Position numbers and translations under genes: made by a program. A DNA stretch of 56,158 nucleotides. Source: an uncultured bacterium (GTDB lineage Bacteria > Patescibacteriota > JAHJAL01). The stretch is taken from contig CALKWM010000003.1 of assembly GCA_938004065.1 (NCBI GenBank), positions 1 to 56,158 of the forward strand, written 5' to 3'. This document shows positions 19,699 through 33,028 of this stretch, piece after piece. The notes beneath the pieces were generated by a model. The model was not told the origin of the DNA, did no database searches, and saw only the letters and a list, made by a program, of their open reading frames with translations. Every line of letters starts with the position of its first letter. The first letter of the stretch is position 1.

Positions 19699-20295
19699 AT
19701 GAAAGACGAAAACAACACTTTGCATACTATTGCGGAATTCATCTGGGAAATGATCAAAACTGCCGTTACCGTAGTTATCATAGTATATCTGATAAAAACT
19801 TATATATTCCAGTTATTTATCGTCGACGGTCAAAGCATGGAACCCACTCTACATCACAACGAAATGCTCCTGGTTGACAAATTGAGCTACCATATTCGCA
19901 AGCCACATCGTGGAGAAATTATCGTATTCCAAAAACCACACGAAACTACCAACATCAATTTCATTAAACGAATTATTGGTCTTCCCGGTGAAAAAGTTAC
20001 AATCCGTGATAACTCAATTTATATCACTACAAACGGTGTAGAAACCAAAATTAATGAATCATATTTACCAATCGACATTATAACCAATGGCGAACACGAA
20101 TATACTGTTGGTCCTGATGAAGTTTTTGTATTGGGAGACAATCGTACCAATTCACAAGATTCCAGAGTCATCGGAGCCATTAAATACGATCTTATCGTCG
20201 GTAAAGCATTGTTCACCTACTGGCCAATCAATGAATCAACCTGGTTATTTACACCCGATTACAACCTCAATCTAATCAAGCTAACTTTATTTTAA
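19699..20295 (+). CDS. lepB: signal peptidase I
   Basis: Contains GQSMEPTL, FIKRIIGLPGE and VLGDNRTNSQDSR. Confidence 0.9.
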   Translation: MKDENNTLHTIAEFIWEMIKTAVTVVIIVYLIKTYIFQLFIVDGQSMEPTLHHNEMLLVDKLSYHIRKPHRGEIIVFQKPHETTNINFIKRIIGLPGEKVTIRDNSIYITTNGVETKINESYLPIDIITNGEHEYTVGPDEVFVLGDNRTNSQDSRVIGAIKYDLIVGKALFTYWPINESTWLFTPDYNLNLIKLTLF

Positions 20296-21610
20296 TCGCT
20301 ACTCCTCGTAAACCAAAATAATCTCTTACAATATCTTCCAACATCTTCTCATCATTTGACGAGAAGATTTTTTTATTATTGATATCAATCTTAAACATCG
20401 GCGGACCGGAAGACACTTGTTCGATTTTTTTTATTCCCATCGACGACATTCTCTTATTTTTTGTCTGTAGCTCCCACCCTAAATCCTCCATTGAACCTAG
20501 GGGAGCTTCAAAATAATACCCTTTTTTTATTTTCCTGATATTGTCAAGCAACGGTTTAATGTTTAAACCGGTTTTAGCCGATCCAAAAACCACCGGTACC
20601 CAATAGATAAAATTTATTTTTTGCCGCAAGTTATCAATCATTCTTTTCATTTTTTTCTCCCGATCAACTTCAGCAATCAAATCCCATTTGTTCACAAACA
20701 AAATCAATCCTTTCTTCATCTGATCAACTTTTCCTATCAAAGCCATATCACGATGCGTTAAACCTTCTTCCGCGTCCAACATCATAATCACCAAATCAGA
20801 TTTGCTCATCGCCATCAATGCCCTCATAATACTAAACCGTTCAATATACTTTCGATGGACTTTTCCCATTCGTCGAATTCCGGCAGTATCCAATAATTCG
20901 AAATCCAAACTCCCATATCTAACCGTTACTTCACCTATGTCCCGAGTCGTTCCTGATACTTCACTTACGATTCTTTTTTCTCTCCCGCATATCCGATTGA
21001 CCATCGAAGATTTTCCAACATTGGGACGGCCAATAATACTGACGGTAAAATTTCCACCGAGTTTCTTGTTTTCGTATAACTTTTCCTTTTCGTGCAAATA
21101 TCCCACCGCATAGTCCAAAACATCTCCCAAGCCGGCGCCGGTTCGACCGGAAACATCAAATATCTTGCTTACTCCAAATTTTTCATACTCCCAACAATCA
21201 ATATTTCGGGACTTTTTATCTGTTTTATTTAACAACAACACGATTTTATCCAAATACTTACGGTATTTCTTTACCACCGCCAGATCTCGATCAACACTAT
21301 CTTTGCTGACATCCACCACCCACAAGATAATTTCCGCATCTTCTATACTCAACAACACCTGCTCCTCTATCTGAATTTCCATTTCTCCCAACTCCTTTTC
21401 GGCCCGTATACCGGCTGTATCTATCAACCAAAAAGAATCTCCCTGCCAATTTACTCTACCCAAAACACTATCCCGAGTTGTACCCGCAATATCTGTAACA
21501 ATCGATTTGCGTTCTCCGATCAAGCGATTAAAAAGTGTCGATTTACCCGCATTTGGTAAACCTACCACCGAAACCAGACTTTTTAACTGTTTTTTTAATT
21601 CATAACCCAT
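20276..21610 (-). CDS. der: ribosome-associated GTPase Der/EngA
   Basis: Two G domains (GLPNAGKST/DTAG/NKTD and GRPNVGKSS/DTAG/NKWD) plus a KH-like C-terminus. Confidence 0.9.
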   Translation of the reverse strand: MGYELKKQLKSLVSVVGLPNAGKSTLFNRLIGERKSIVTDIAGTTRDSVLGRVNWQGDSFWLIDTAGIRAEKELGEMEIQIEEQVLLSIEDAEIILWVVDVSKDSVDRDLAVVKKYRKYLDKIVLLLNKTDKKSRNIDCWEYEKFGVSKIFDVSGRTGAGLGDVLDYAVGYLHEKEKLYENKKLGGNFTVSIIGRPNVGKSSMVNRICGREKRIVSEVSGTTRDIGEVTVRYGSLDFELLDTAGIRRMGKVHRKYIERFSIMRALMAMSKSDLVIMMLDAEEGLTHRDMALIGKVDQMKKGLILFVNKWDLIAEVDREKKMKRMIDNLRQKINFIYWVPVVFGSAKTGLNIKPLLDNIRKIKKGYYFEAPLGSMEDLGWELQTKNKRMSSMGIKKIEQVSSGPPMFKIDINNKKIFSSNDEKMLEDIVRDYFGLRGVAIKIKLA

Positions 21611-23826
21611 TATTTTATCCCCAGTTTATCCATCATTTTTCTACCATATGACTTATTGAATAACCTTTCATCACCCACCACCAAGTCACCCTCAGGTTTA
21701 ATCAAAGTCAATACATATTTAAAACGTTGCATCATACGTGGTAAAAAATATTTATCAAAATTATCATCTCCCAATCCTATTGATCGAAATGATCCTATCA
21801 ACTCTCCCGGCACATCAAATATCAAATCATTGAGATAGATAAAATCAAACTGTTCGCATATTTCAATCAATTTATTTAAATCATAATAACTAACCAGCAC
21901 CAAACCCTGTTTTAAATTCTTGTTTTCATATTTCAATACATCATTCGCCAGATAAATACCCCTAAAATTCACTGAATTAAACATACTTTCATAAAATGCT
22001 TCCAATTTTGCCCGTGATGAAAACACTGCCAAATTATATCCTTTTTTTGTAACCGCTTCAATATCAAAACCACATTCATGAATTGTCGTATCTTTTGGAC
22101 TTAAATAAAATTTTTTCAAATTTGATTCATAAAAACCATATTTATCAGATAAAAGATAATCATAATACAATCCCCCATTCAATCCGGCAACTCGTGAAAA
22201 TATTAAAATTTCCTCAAAGTTTCCCAACTTTGACAAATCCAACTTTTCCGGATACACCACAATTTCTATTTCACCCGAAGTATTTTGATTTATTCGCCAT
22301 ATTACGTCCTCTTGACTAAAAAAACCGGCAAAAGTAGCCAAATCAAGCAATAATTTGTTTGATTTTTTCGCCAAAATCCGCATTGCCTGATTTTCAATTA
22401 TTAAAAATTTCTCAGTAATTTGTTGAAAAAGTCGATCCCTTCTAATCGCTGGAGTTACATCCAAACTATTGCCATATTCCGATTTTTGACCTTGCGCTTT
22501 CAAAATCATATCCAGCATCCCTACCATAATTTGTAAATTTTTCTGCAACTCATACAAATCTTCTTTATTTTTCCCAACCGGCATACTATCAACTTCTTTG
22601 GAGAAAATGCTGGTAAAATTAATAATTTTAAAATTTAATTTCAAAACATCCGTGATTCCATCCTCCAACAGAACCATATCATTCCAAAACATTAAAATCT
22701 TCGCCGAAATATTTTTTTGTTCTCGTAAAAAATCAGACGTTACCACCAAAGAACTTCCTTTCTTTAAATTGTCAGCTAAACGAAGATCAAAAAAACATTG
22801 TCCTCCGCAATTATCTCCAAAACATCTTACTTCATCCAATCTCTGATACTCTTCTCTCGACCACCTGATTTGAACGATAGAACCATCCCAGAAACCTAAA
22901 GCCGAGCGAAGCATAATTTTTACCAATATCGACATAAGCACACGATCGATCTCGTACAATTTCATCAATTTGTCTAATTTATCTTTGCAAATATAATTCC
23001 ACCGACTATTAAATCGATGCCAGGAATTATTTTTTCGCGACATTTTATCAAATACTCTATTTGTCAATAACCAACACCGACCATCTGCTACTAAATTATT
23101 TTTCGCATGAGACCAATTGGCCTCAACTATCATCCTATTACTTACAATCGGAGTTTGATTTTCATCTTTGGTCAAATCGTTCGGGTTAAAAAAAATATTT
23201 TTTACTGTCCCAATTTTTGCCTTATTTCCCCAGATATTTTCAAACAAATACTGATAGACAAAATCACCTTTCGTCCATAACTTCTTCAATCTTTCTCGTA
23301 CCAAAGGTGAAACACTGTTTATCTGCTTAAACATATACTTCATCAATACGCTTACCGCTATCGCGTCATTCAAAGCTCGATGTGCATTGTATTCCCAATA
23401 AATATAACGTGATAAATATTGTAATGAAAAAGAAGAAATATTAAAAATCAAAAAAGAAGCTAAATCTTGACTATCAATTTTTCGAAATTTATCCACCTCC
23501 ACTCCGGCTACACGCAAAAAAGACAAGTCAAATTCGATATTATGACCCACCAATATCACATCGTCGGTAAAAAAACCATCAATTATCTTGGCCACATTTT
23601 CCCATTTGGGAGCCATCGATAATTCATTTTCATTTATACCCGTGATGATCTTGATTTTATCGGACAACCTGCGCTCATAATGAATCAAGCTTTCATATCG
23701 CTCAATCTCACCATCAAAGTCAAATTTGATTAACCCAACCTCAATTATCGAATCTCGGGTACTGTCCAATCCGGTTGTCTCTAAATCTAGAGACACAAAA
23801 ACCAATTTTTTATATAATTCATTCAT
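21610..23826 (-). CDS. DnaQ-like 3'-5' exonuclease fused to a DinG-like helicase scaffold with degenerate ATPase motifs
   Basis: Exo motifs are LDLETTG, GHNIEFD and HRALNDA. The C-terminus GDLVVGDERLFNKSYGRKM resembles a DinG Helicase_C_2 end. No GxGKT Walker A or DEAH box was found by eye. Confidence 0.7.
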   Translation of the reverse strand: MNELYKKLVFVSLDLETTGLDSTRDSIIEVGLIKFDFDGEIERYESLIHYERRLSDKIKIITGINENELSMAPKWENVAKIIDGFFTDDVILVGHNIEFDLSFLRVAGVEVDKFRKIDSQDLASFLIFNISSFSLQYLSRYIYWEYNAHRALNDAIAVSVLMKYMFKQINSVSPLVRERLKKLWTKGDFVYQYLFENIWGNKAKIGTVKNIFFNPNDLTKDENQTPIVSNRMIVEANWSHAKNNLVADGRCWLLTNRVFDKMSRKNNSWHRFNSRWNYICKDKLDKLMKLYEIDRVLMSILVKIMLRSALGFWDGSIVQIRWSREEYQRLDEVRCFGDNCGGQCFFDLRLADNLKKGSSLVVTSDFLREQKNISAKILMFWNDMVLLEDGITDVLKLNFKIINFTSIFSKEVDSMPVGKNKEDLYELQKNLQIMVGMLDMILKAQGQKSEYGNSLDVTPAIRRDRLFQQITEKFLIIENQAMRILAKKSNKLLLDLATFAGFFSQEDVIWRINQNTSGEIEIVVYPEKLDLSKLGNFEEILIFSRVAGLNGGLYYDYLLSDKYGFYESNLKKFYLSPKDTTIHECGFDIEAVTKKGYNLAVFSSRAKLEAFYESMFNSVNFRGIYLANDVLKYENKNLKQGLVLVSYYDLNKLIEICEQFDFIYLNDLIFDVPGELIGSFRSIGLGDDNFDKYFLPRMMQRFKYVLTLIKPEGDLVVGDERLFNKSYGRKMMDKLGIK

Positions 23827-23894
23827 CTACAAAAACTCCAATAAATATTTCATGGAGCTAAAAAAATTTAAAAAAAATAAAATCCAATATCTAT

Positions 23895-25985
23895 TTATAA
23901 CTTACGCATTTTCATTTCCGTCACCCAAAATTCCAAACTATCACCCTCATGCAAAAATAAATTGCCATTTAGTCCAATTCCGCACTCAGATTTTTCGGCT
24001 GCAGTATTGATACATTCAGTACCCTTTTGCAAATTTTCTACTTTACCTTCACCCACTTTTTCGCCACCACGATAAGCAATTACATCCGCGTTTTTTTCAA
24101 TCTTGCCCTTTGTCACATTGACTCCGATAATCCGAAATTTCTTGCCACGAGTAAATATTTTCAATACTTTCGCTTTACCAATTTTTGTTCTCACTTCCTC
24201 CGGTTCCAACAATCCTTCCAGTGCTGCCTTTACATCTTCCAATAGACGGTAAATAACATCATAGCTGGAAATCTTGACTCCCATTTTTTTCGACATTTTC
24301 AAAGCATTTGGCTCAATTTTAGCTCTAAATGCCAATATTAAAGCATTACTTGAAGCCGCCATCATCACATCCGATTCGTTAACCGATCCCGCCGCTTCAT
24401 GCAAAATATTGATTTTTACTTCCTCATTTCTTAAATTATCCAACGAAGATTTAATCGCTTCCATCGAACCTTGCACATCGGTTTTGAGAATTATCGGTAA
24501 TTCAGATATTTTACCCTCCCTTACCGCCTGTGATAATTCTGCCATTCCAACCAGCTTTGTCAATATTCCTTTTGAAGATAAATTTCTCTTACGCTCAGCC
24601 GTAATAAACTTGGCCATTTTTGTCGATTCCACCACAAACAAGCTATCACCAAATTCCGGTACATCATTTAGACCGGCGACTTTTACCGGATCGGAAGGAT
24701 AAGCTTTAGTTAAACGTTCTCCGGTATAATCTACCATCGCTCTTACCACACCCTCGGTTAAACCGATTACCACGCTATCACGTACATTTAAACAACCTTG
24801 TGTAATCATAACTGTTGCCACCGGACCAACTCTTTTACTTAAATGAGCTTCGATCACCACACCCTGCGCCGGACCGGAAAAATACGCTTTTAAATCTTCC
24901 ACTTCCGCAACCAGTAAAATCATTTCCAATAATTCATCTATCCCCACACCGGTTTTTGCCGACGTCCCGACCATTACCGTGTTTCCACCCCATTCTTCCG
25001 GAATTAAATTGTAATCGGCCAATTCCTTTTTAGTCTTATCAATATTTGCTTCTGGTTTGTCAATTTTATTAATCGCCACCACTATCGGCACTCCCGCCGC
25101 CCTGGCATGATTGATCGCTTCTACCGTTTGCGGCTTAACCCCATCATCAGCCGCTACCACCAATACGGCAATATCAGTTAACTTGGCACCATGTGCTCTC
25201 ATTGCTGAAAAAGCTTTATGACCGGGAGTATCCAAAAAAGTAATCTTTTTACCATTTTTTTCCGCCTGGTATGCTCCCATATGCTGTGTAATACCTCCGG
25301 TTTCCGATGCCACCACCTTTGCATGACGAATCTGATCCAAAATTGAGGTCTTACCATGATCCACATGTCCCATTACTGTAACAATCGGGGGCCTGGTTCG
25401 AAAACTCTCCACTGAGTATTTTTCCAAACTTGACAATCCACTTTCAAAATCATCTTCGTCTTCTTCTTTTCTTATTACTTCCACTCCCAGATCTTGCCCG
25501 ATAATAACCGCCGTATCAAAATCAATTCTCTCATTGATATTTGCTAACACTCCATTTTTCATCAATTCTTTAATAACATCCCCAACCGGTATTCCCAATT
25601 CACTGGCAAATTCACCAACCGAAATAGAATCACCTATTGCTACCTGAGGCAACTTTACAACTTCCAAATCTTCTTCTGCAGAAATTTCTTCATTTAAAAC
25701 TACATTTTGTTCTTCCTCAACTTCTAACTCCGGTTTAACCGTAATATCCAAAGGATGTTTTTTTTCATTACTATCTTTCTTTGACAAATTAGCTTTATCA
25801 TTGGTTTTGACTTTTGACTTTTTTTCATTACCACTAGTTAACCTTCTTTCAATCTCCATAGCTAAATCATCACGAAACACATTTGCTCGTTCACTAACTC
25901 CCAAGTGTAAATCTTGAATCTTGGAACGCAAATCCTTTACTTCCATCCCAATTTTCTGAGCTAATTCTGAAATCTTAATACTCAT
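23895..25985 (-). CDS. infB: translation initiation factor IF-2
   Basis: The G domain motifs are GHVDHGKTS, DTPGH and NKID, and the domain order is that of IF-2. Confidence 0.95.
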   Translation of the reverse strand: MSIKISELAQKIGMEVKDLRSKIQDLHLGVSERANVFRDDLAMEIERRLTSGNEKKSKVKTNDKANLSKKDSNEKKHPLDITVKPELEVEEEQNVVLNEEISAEEDLEVVKLPQVAIGDSISVGEFASELGIPVGDVIKELMKNGVLANINERIDFDTAVIIGQDLGVEVIRKEEDEDDFESGLSSLEKYSVESFRTRPPIVTVMGHVDHGKTSILDQIRHAKVVASETGGITQHMGAYQAEKNGKKITFLDTPGHKAFSAMRAHGAKLTDIAVLVVAADDGVKPQTVEAINHARAAGVPIVVAINKIDKPEANIDKTKKELADYNLIPEEWGGNTVMVGTSAKTGVGIDELLEMILLVAEVEDLKAYFSGPAQGVVIEAHLSKRVGPVATVMITQGCLNVRDSVVIGLTEGVVRAMVDYTGERLTKAYPSDPVKVAGLNDVPEFGDSLFVVESTKMAKFITAERKRNLSSKGILTKLVGMAELSQAVREGKISELPIILKTDVQGSMEAIKSSLDNLRNEEVKINILHEAAGSVNESDVMMAASSNALILAFRAKIEPNALKMSKKMGVKISSYDVIYRLLEDVKAALEGLLEPEEVRTKIGKAKVLKIFTRGKKFRIIGVNVTKGKIEKNADVIAYRGGEKVGEGKVENLQKGTECINTAAEKSECGIGLNGNLFLHEGDSLEFWVTEMKMRKL

Positions 25986-25997
25986 AACTACATTATT

Positions 25998-28580
25998 TTA
26001 TTTGATTTTCAAAACTTCATTCTCCAAAGACTGCTCAGTATTTCCTCCATGCAAACCACGTTGTCGATCAGCTTCTTTATCCAAATCAGATAACAAAGTC
26101 ATGGACGCCACTCGATCCTTATTTTTCATTCTCATTACTATCACACCTTGCGTCGCTCTACCCATTTTCCTAATTTTTTTAATTGGGGTCCGTATCACCT
26201 GACCATTGGCAGAAATTGCCACCAAATCCAAATCATCTCCCACATCCTCCATAATAATCTTTGTATCAACAATATTGCCATTTTTTGCGGTAATTTTGGC
26301 AGTCTTAATACCTGATCCGCCTCGATTCTGCACTTTATATTGTTCCAATGAAGTTCTCTTACCATAACCTTTTTCAGTCAATACCAGCATATCACCTTTG
26401 GCATAAATCGCATTCATACTCACCACTTCATCGCCCGCTCTCAGTTTTATACCCCTAACACCCGCCGCCCCACGACCCATACTACGCACATCACCTTCTT
26501 TAAACCTGATTGACTGACCTTTTTTCGTTACCATAATCACTTCATCCATACCATGTGTTACTCTCACCCATCTTAGTTCATCAAGATCATTTAAACCAAT
26601 TGCAATCAAACCGCTCTTTCTCACTTTTTTGAAAAACCTTATTTCAGTTTTTTTAACTTTACCATTTTTAGTCGCCATAAACAGATACTTACCACGACGA
26701 TAATCATCAATAGTTATCACTCCGGATATTTTTTCGTCCGGCAACAATTGCAACAAATTTACTGCTGCAATTCCTTTTGCCTGTCTGGAAGCCATTGGTA
26801 TTTCATATACTTTTGACTGAAACACACGGCCTTTGGTTGTAAAAAACAAGATATCATCATGATTATAAGTAATTACAAAATGATCAACCACGTCTTCTTC
26901 TTTCATAGTCATTCCCACCACTCCTTTACCACCTCGTTTTTGAACCTTATAGGTATTGCTTGGTAATCTTTTTATATAACCACTCTTGGTTACCGAAACT
27001 ATCACTTGTTCATTTGGAATTAATGCTTCACTTTCCAGCTTTCCGACTTGGTTTTTATAGACTTTTGTCCGTCTCGCATCGCCAAACTTTTCTTTCAATT
27101 CCAACAACTCATGTTTAATAATTTCCCGCACTCTTTGCTCGGATGCCAATATTTCTTTCAATTCTTTAATTCTTTTCACTATTTCTGTTAACTCATCTTC
27201 AATCTTTTTTCTCTCCAATCCGGCCAAAGTTTGCAATCTCATATCTAAAATCGCATTTGTTTGAATATCGGTAAATTTAAACTTCTTTATCAAGTTTTTA
27301 TGAGCATCATCCCGACTGGCTGATTTTTTGATTGTAGCTATCACTTCATCAATTCTATCTAACGCCTTTTTCAACCCTTCCAATATATGTGCTCTTTCTT
27401 CGGCCTTTCTTAACTCAAATTGAGTACGCTTAACTACCACCTCTACCCGATGATCAACAAAATAACTAAGCGCCATCGGCAATGTCAACACTCTTGGCTG
27501 AATCTCATCCACCAAAGCCAAAATATTCACCGAAAAAGAAGTCTGCATCGGAGTCATTTTGAAAAGTTGATTTAGAATTTTGCTCGAATATGCATCTTTT
27601 TTCAAATCAACCACAATTCTCACCCCATCTTTATCCGATTCATCACGCAAATCAGATATACCAACAATCTTTTTATCCTTTACCAACGCAGCAATTTTCT
27701 CCACCAAGGAACTTTTGTTTAACATAAACGGAATTTCACTTACAATAATCTGTTTTTTTCCTTTTTTGCTTTCAACAATTTCGGCAGTCGCCCGTACTAT
27801 AACCCGTCCTCTTCCGGTTGCATAAATATTTTTTATATCTTCTTGACCATATATCGCCGCCCCGGTTGGGAAATCCGGACCTTTTACATATTGCATCAAC
27901 TCATCAACCCCGATTTCCGGATTGTCTATCAAAGCTACTATGGCATCAACCAATTCGGATAAATTATGTGGCGGAACACTGGTCGCCATACCCACCGCAA
28001 TACCGCTCGAACCGTTTAACAACAAATTTGGCAAAACTGACGGCAAAACCGATGGTTCCAGTAATCGTCCATCATAGTTATCCCGCCATTTTACAGTTTC
28101 TTTATCGATATCTTTTAGCATCTCATCAGAAATTTTTTGCATTTTGGCTTCGGTATAACGATAAGCCGCCGCTCGATCACCATCCATCGAACCGAAATTG
28201 CCTTGACCCCAAACCAAAGGATACCGAAGCGACCAATCTTGAGCCATTCTTACCAAACTGTCATATACGGCTACATCTCCATGTGGATGATACTTACCCA
28301 ACACATCACCAACAATCGTTGCACACTTTCGAAATTTAGCATTGTATCTCAAACCCAACTCATGCATCACATACAGTATTCGACGATGAACAGGTTTCAA
28401 TCCGTCACGTACATCAGGTAAAGCTCTTTGCACAATAACACTCATGGCATAATCAAGATAGGATTTTTCCATCTCATCAACGATATTGACTCGGCGCACA
28501 TAACCAATATTTTGTTGCAAATCCAATGATGCCTGTTCTTCAGAATTATTATTTTTAGGATCTTTACTCATTTTATACAA
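25998..28580 (-). CDS. gyrA: DNA gyrase subunit A
   Basis: Contains DGLKPVHRR and [10 protein letters not shown] with the active-site Tyr. The C-terminus carries beta-pinwheel repeats. Confidence 0.95.
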   Translation of the reverse strand: MYKMSKDPKNNNSEEQASLDLQQNIGYVRRVNIVDEMEKSYLDYAMSVIVQRALPDVRDGLKPVHRRILYVMHELGLRYNAKFRKCATIVGDVLGKYHPHGDVAVYDSLVRMAQDWSLRYPLVWGQGNFGSMDGDRAAAYRYTEAKMQKISDEMLKDIDKETVKWRDNYDGRLLEPSVLPSVLPNLLLNGSSGIAVGMATSVPPHNLSELVDAIVALIDNPEIGVDELMQYVKGPDFPTGAAIYGQEDIKNIYATGRGRVIVRATAEIVESKKGKKQIIVSEIPFMLNKSSLVEKIAALVKDKKIVGISDLRDESDKDGVRIVVDLKKDAYSSKILNQLFKMTPMQTSFSVNILALVDEIQPRVLTLPMALSYFVDHRVEVVVKRTQFELRKAEERAHILEGLKKALDRIDEVIATIKKSASRDDAHKNLIKKFKFTDIQTNAILDMRLQTLAGLERKKIEDELTEIVKRIKELKEILASEQRVREIIKHELLELKEKFGDARRTKVYKNQVGKLESEALIPNEQVIVSVTKSGYIKRLPSNTYKVQKRGGKGVVGMTMKEEDVVDHFVITYNHDDILFFTTKGRVFQSKVYEIPMASRQAKGIAAVNLLQLLPDEKISGVITIDDYRRGKYLFMATKNGKVKKTEIRFFKKVRKSGLIAIGLNDLDELRWVRVTHGMDEVIMVTKKGQSIRFKEGDVRSMGRGAAGVRGIKLRAGDEVVSMNAIYAKGDMLVLTEKGYGKRTSLEQYKVQNRGGSGIKTAKITAKNGNIVDTKIIMEDVGDDLDLVAISANGQVIRTPIKKIRKMGRATQGVIVMRMKNKDRVASMTLLSDLDKEADRQRGLHGGNTEQSLENEVLKIK

Positions 28581-28608
28581 GAAAATAATATTAATTGAAA
28601 AATATTTT

Positions 28609-30618
<2,010 letters not shown>

Positions 30619-30727
30619 TCATGACTTAATATTTCATAAGTACGTAACTTCATTCTACAATAATAAACCACAAAAAACAATTGTTACAAATGTCTTTTGT
30701 CAAACCAAAACCTAAAAATATTTATAT

Positions 30728-32995
30728 TTATTTAAAATCAATTTTTAATTGCAAATCCTTCTCCAGTTGATTGTTAATTACCAAATCACCAACTTCGTTT
30801 GTCTCAGAATTAACAATTTTACCTACATCACTTTTAACCACCAACTGATAGGTTAAATTTTCTCTCCCTGGTTGTTTTTGCAAATACATTTCATAACTTT
30901 TTTGTCCCCAATCATCAATTTTAAATGGCAATCGATATCTGTATCTTACTCTGGAAGCATTGTAAGGGTCTGTTACAATCCAATTGGCAAAAACCTCTTT
31001 TCCGTGATCTTCGTATATTTTCGTATTGGCCAATCCCGCCTCTCCACGAGAGACGTCATAATCAATTACCTTATCCTGATTGATTATTATTCCTTCGGGA
31101 TTAACGAAGCCATCCACCTCCAACAATTCCGATCCCCTGGGCACATAAACCCGCAAATAATCAAAATTCGGATAATTCGGCCACGACCAATCATCGATAT
31201 TCCGTCTTATAATCTCTAAATCAATTTCAATAGTGCCATCAGACTGTACAAACACCTTGTGATTAACAGATTCCTTTATAAATTCATCACTCTTTCGTCC
31301 ACCAATATTGGCATGAACCATATACAAATAATCACTATTGATATCAACCTGTTCAATTTCTCCTCCCCAACCAATATTTTGCAACATATCTTCAACTTCC
31401 TTGTCATAAAAAAACACTAAAACATCTTTGTTATTTAATAATTCCATCAAAATAGTCCATAACTGTTTCTTTTTTGATTCATCCAATTCGGCCAATCTTG
31501 CCATCAATTCCGGTAAAAAATCCGACAATATTTTTTTTGGAGCATTTAATTCTTTATCATGATCAAGTTCAACTTCCCGTTGTACTTCAGACACAAAGTT
31601 CTCACTCGACAACTCGACATCATAATCTACCATATAGATCGGCCCGGTTAATTCCAGTAATTTTTCAATAATCTTTGGTGTAAAAGCCACCACCCCATCA
31701 ACTGAATATCCACCACCTTTTTCAAACATTTTCACCGCTTGATTGGCTGCCCCGGGAAAATCCGGATCCCAATTCGAATCTCTCATCCCCCACTGCTCTG
31801 TCATATACCACACCGGATAAGGCGGAGTGATATTCTGCGTGATCTGCCCATCAGGATTGTAAACATCATCAAATTTTAGATCCTCCATCATTCCATTCTT
31901 CATTGTCAATACACCATAACTACCGATAAACCCCCCCGTCGGACGCAATTCATTGGTATTTTGAAACAATAGCAAATACTTGGCCGGCACATTTTCCCCC
32001 AGAAAAAAACCGGAATCAGCGATCAATACATTTAAACCTCGTAAAATATTTAGATAACGTGGTATGTCCTGCATATTTGACTCATACAATTCTCGATATT
32101 TTTCCGGCAATAAATCGATATTCACCTGATCCAACTTCTCTACCGCTATGTTTAATTCATTTGATGACATGGACAAATATTCCCCGGCTCTGGTCAATTT
32201 CAAAAACAAATCATCCTTTTCCATTTCTCCCAATATCATTCCAAAAAATAAACCGGCAAAACTCCCTTTGTCATCAACAGATTGAATTTCAGCAAGGGAT
32301 AACGCCATAAATTTTGCTCCCCTCATCAAACTTTTCATTCCCGATAAAACATTTGAAATTTCCGACATTTGGTTTCCTGCCATACTCTGACTCAAAAATT
32401 GCTCATTATAACCTGTTTTTTCAATTTTTAACTCAATCTCTTCCAAATTTTTATCCGCATCCGCAAACTTAATCGCTGCTTGAGAAAAATTCTCATTTTT
32501 TAATTGATCAATCCCCGCTCTCATATCTTCCATACCATCACCGGCTGCACTTACCACTGAATCTTTTAAATCAACCACCATCCCCACCACTAACCATCCA
32601 CTCATACTAATCACACTGCTAACTGCCACTATCAAAAAAATATAAATTACTCGCCGATATTTTTGCCAACTACAACTACAAACCTTAAAACTAACATGTC
32701 TAACAACTACCCCCAATTTCTCAAATATTCCCCGGCCAGATTCATTTACCTCTATGCTATTGTTTTTTACAAATTCAAAAATATTTTTACCCCACAACCA
32801 AAACTTGGACAATCCCGATCTCAAAGTCAAAAACATCCGCCACCAAATCTTTGGAAACGAAGAACAAATTATCAAAAAGTAGTGTTTTATTTTTGACAAA
32901 AAAACTACTGATCGATATTTATCAGTATTTGCCTCATTTTTCTGCTGATGCGGCAAAATGCCGTCGATTATTTTCCGATTATCCAAAACAAACAA
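30728..32995 (-). CDS. DUF4012-type membrane-anchored protein (polysaccharide/cell-wall locus)
   Basis: An N-terminal TM region is followed by LLLFQNTNELRPTGGFIGSYG, a motif characteristic of DUF4012 as recalled from memory. Confidence 0.65.
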   Translation of the reverse strand: MFVLDNRKIIDGILPHQQKNEANTDKYRSVVFLSKIKHYFLIICSSFPKIWWRMFLTLRSGLSKFWLWGKNIFEFVKNNSIEVNESGRGIFEKLGVVVRHVSFKVCSCSWQKYRRVIYIFLIVAVSSVISMSGWLVVGMVVDLKDSVVSAAGDGMEDMRAGIDQLKNENFSQAAIKFADADKNLEEIELKIEKTGYNEQFLSQSMAGNQMSEISNVLSGMKSLMRGAKFMALSLAEIQSVDDKGSFAGLFFGMILGEMEKDDLFLKLTRAGEYLSMSSNELNIAVEKLDQVNIDLLPEKYRELYESNMQDIPRYLNILRGLNVLIADSGFFLGENVPAKYLLLFQNTNELRPTGGFIGSYGVLTMKNGMMEDLKFDDVYNPDGQITQNITPPYPVWYMTEQWGMRDSNWDPDFPGAANQAVKMFEKGGGYSVDGVVAFTPKIIEKLLELTGPIYMVDYDVELSSENFVSEVQREVELDHDKELNAPKKILSDFLPELMARLAELDESKKKQLWTILMELLNNKDVLVFFYDKEVEDMLQNIGWGGEIEQVDINSDYLYMVHANIGGRKSDEFIKESVNHKVFVQSDGTIEIDLEIIRRNIDDWSWPNYPNFDYLRVYVPRGSELLEVDGFVNPEGIIINQDKVIDYDVSRGEAGLANTKIYEDHGKEVFANWIVTDPYNASRVRYRYRLPFKIDDWGQKSYEMYLQKQPGRENLTYQLVVKSDVGKIVNSETNEVGDLVINNQLEKDLQLKIDFK

Positions 32996-33028
32996 TTATT
33001 ATTTCATTTGTCCCTATTATATCATTTA

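Noticed and set aside
27818-28339. A 173-aa plus-strand ORF inside gyrA, with similar antisense ORFs inside gyrB, infB, the GT4 genes, der and the ABC ATPase (for example 47446-47979, 34904-35344, 24274-24702)
   Set aside because: All lie antisense to confidently identified conserved genes. They show the His/Pro/Ser-rich or Ile/Phe-rich composition typical of shadow frames.
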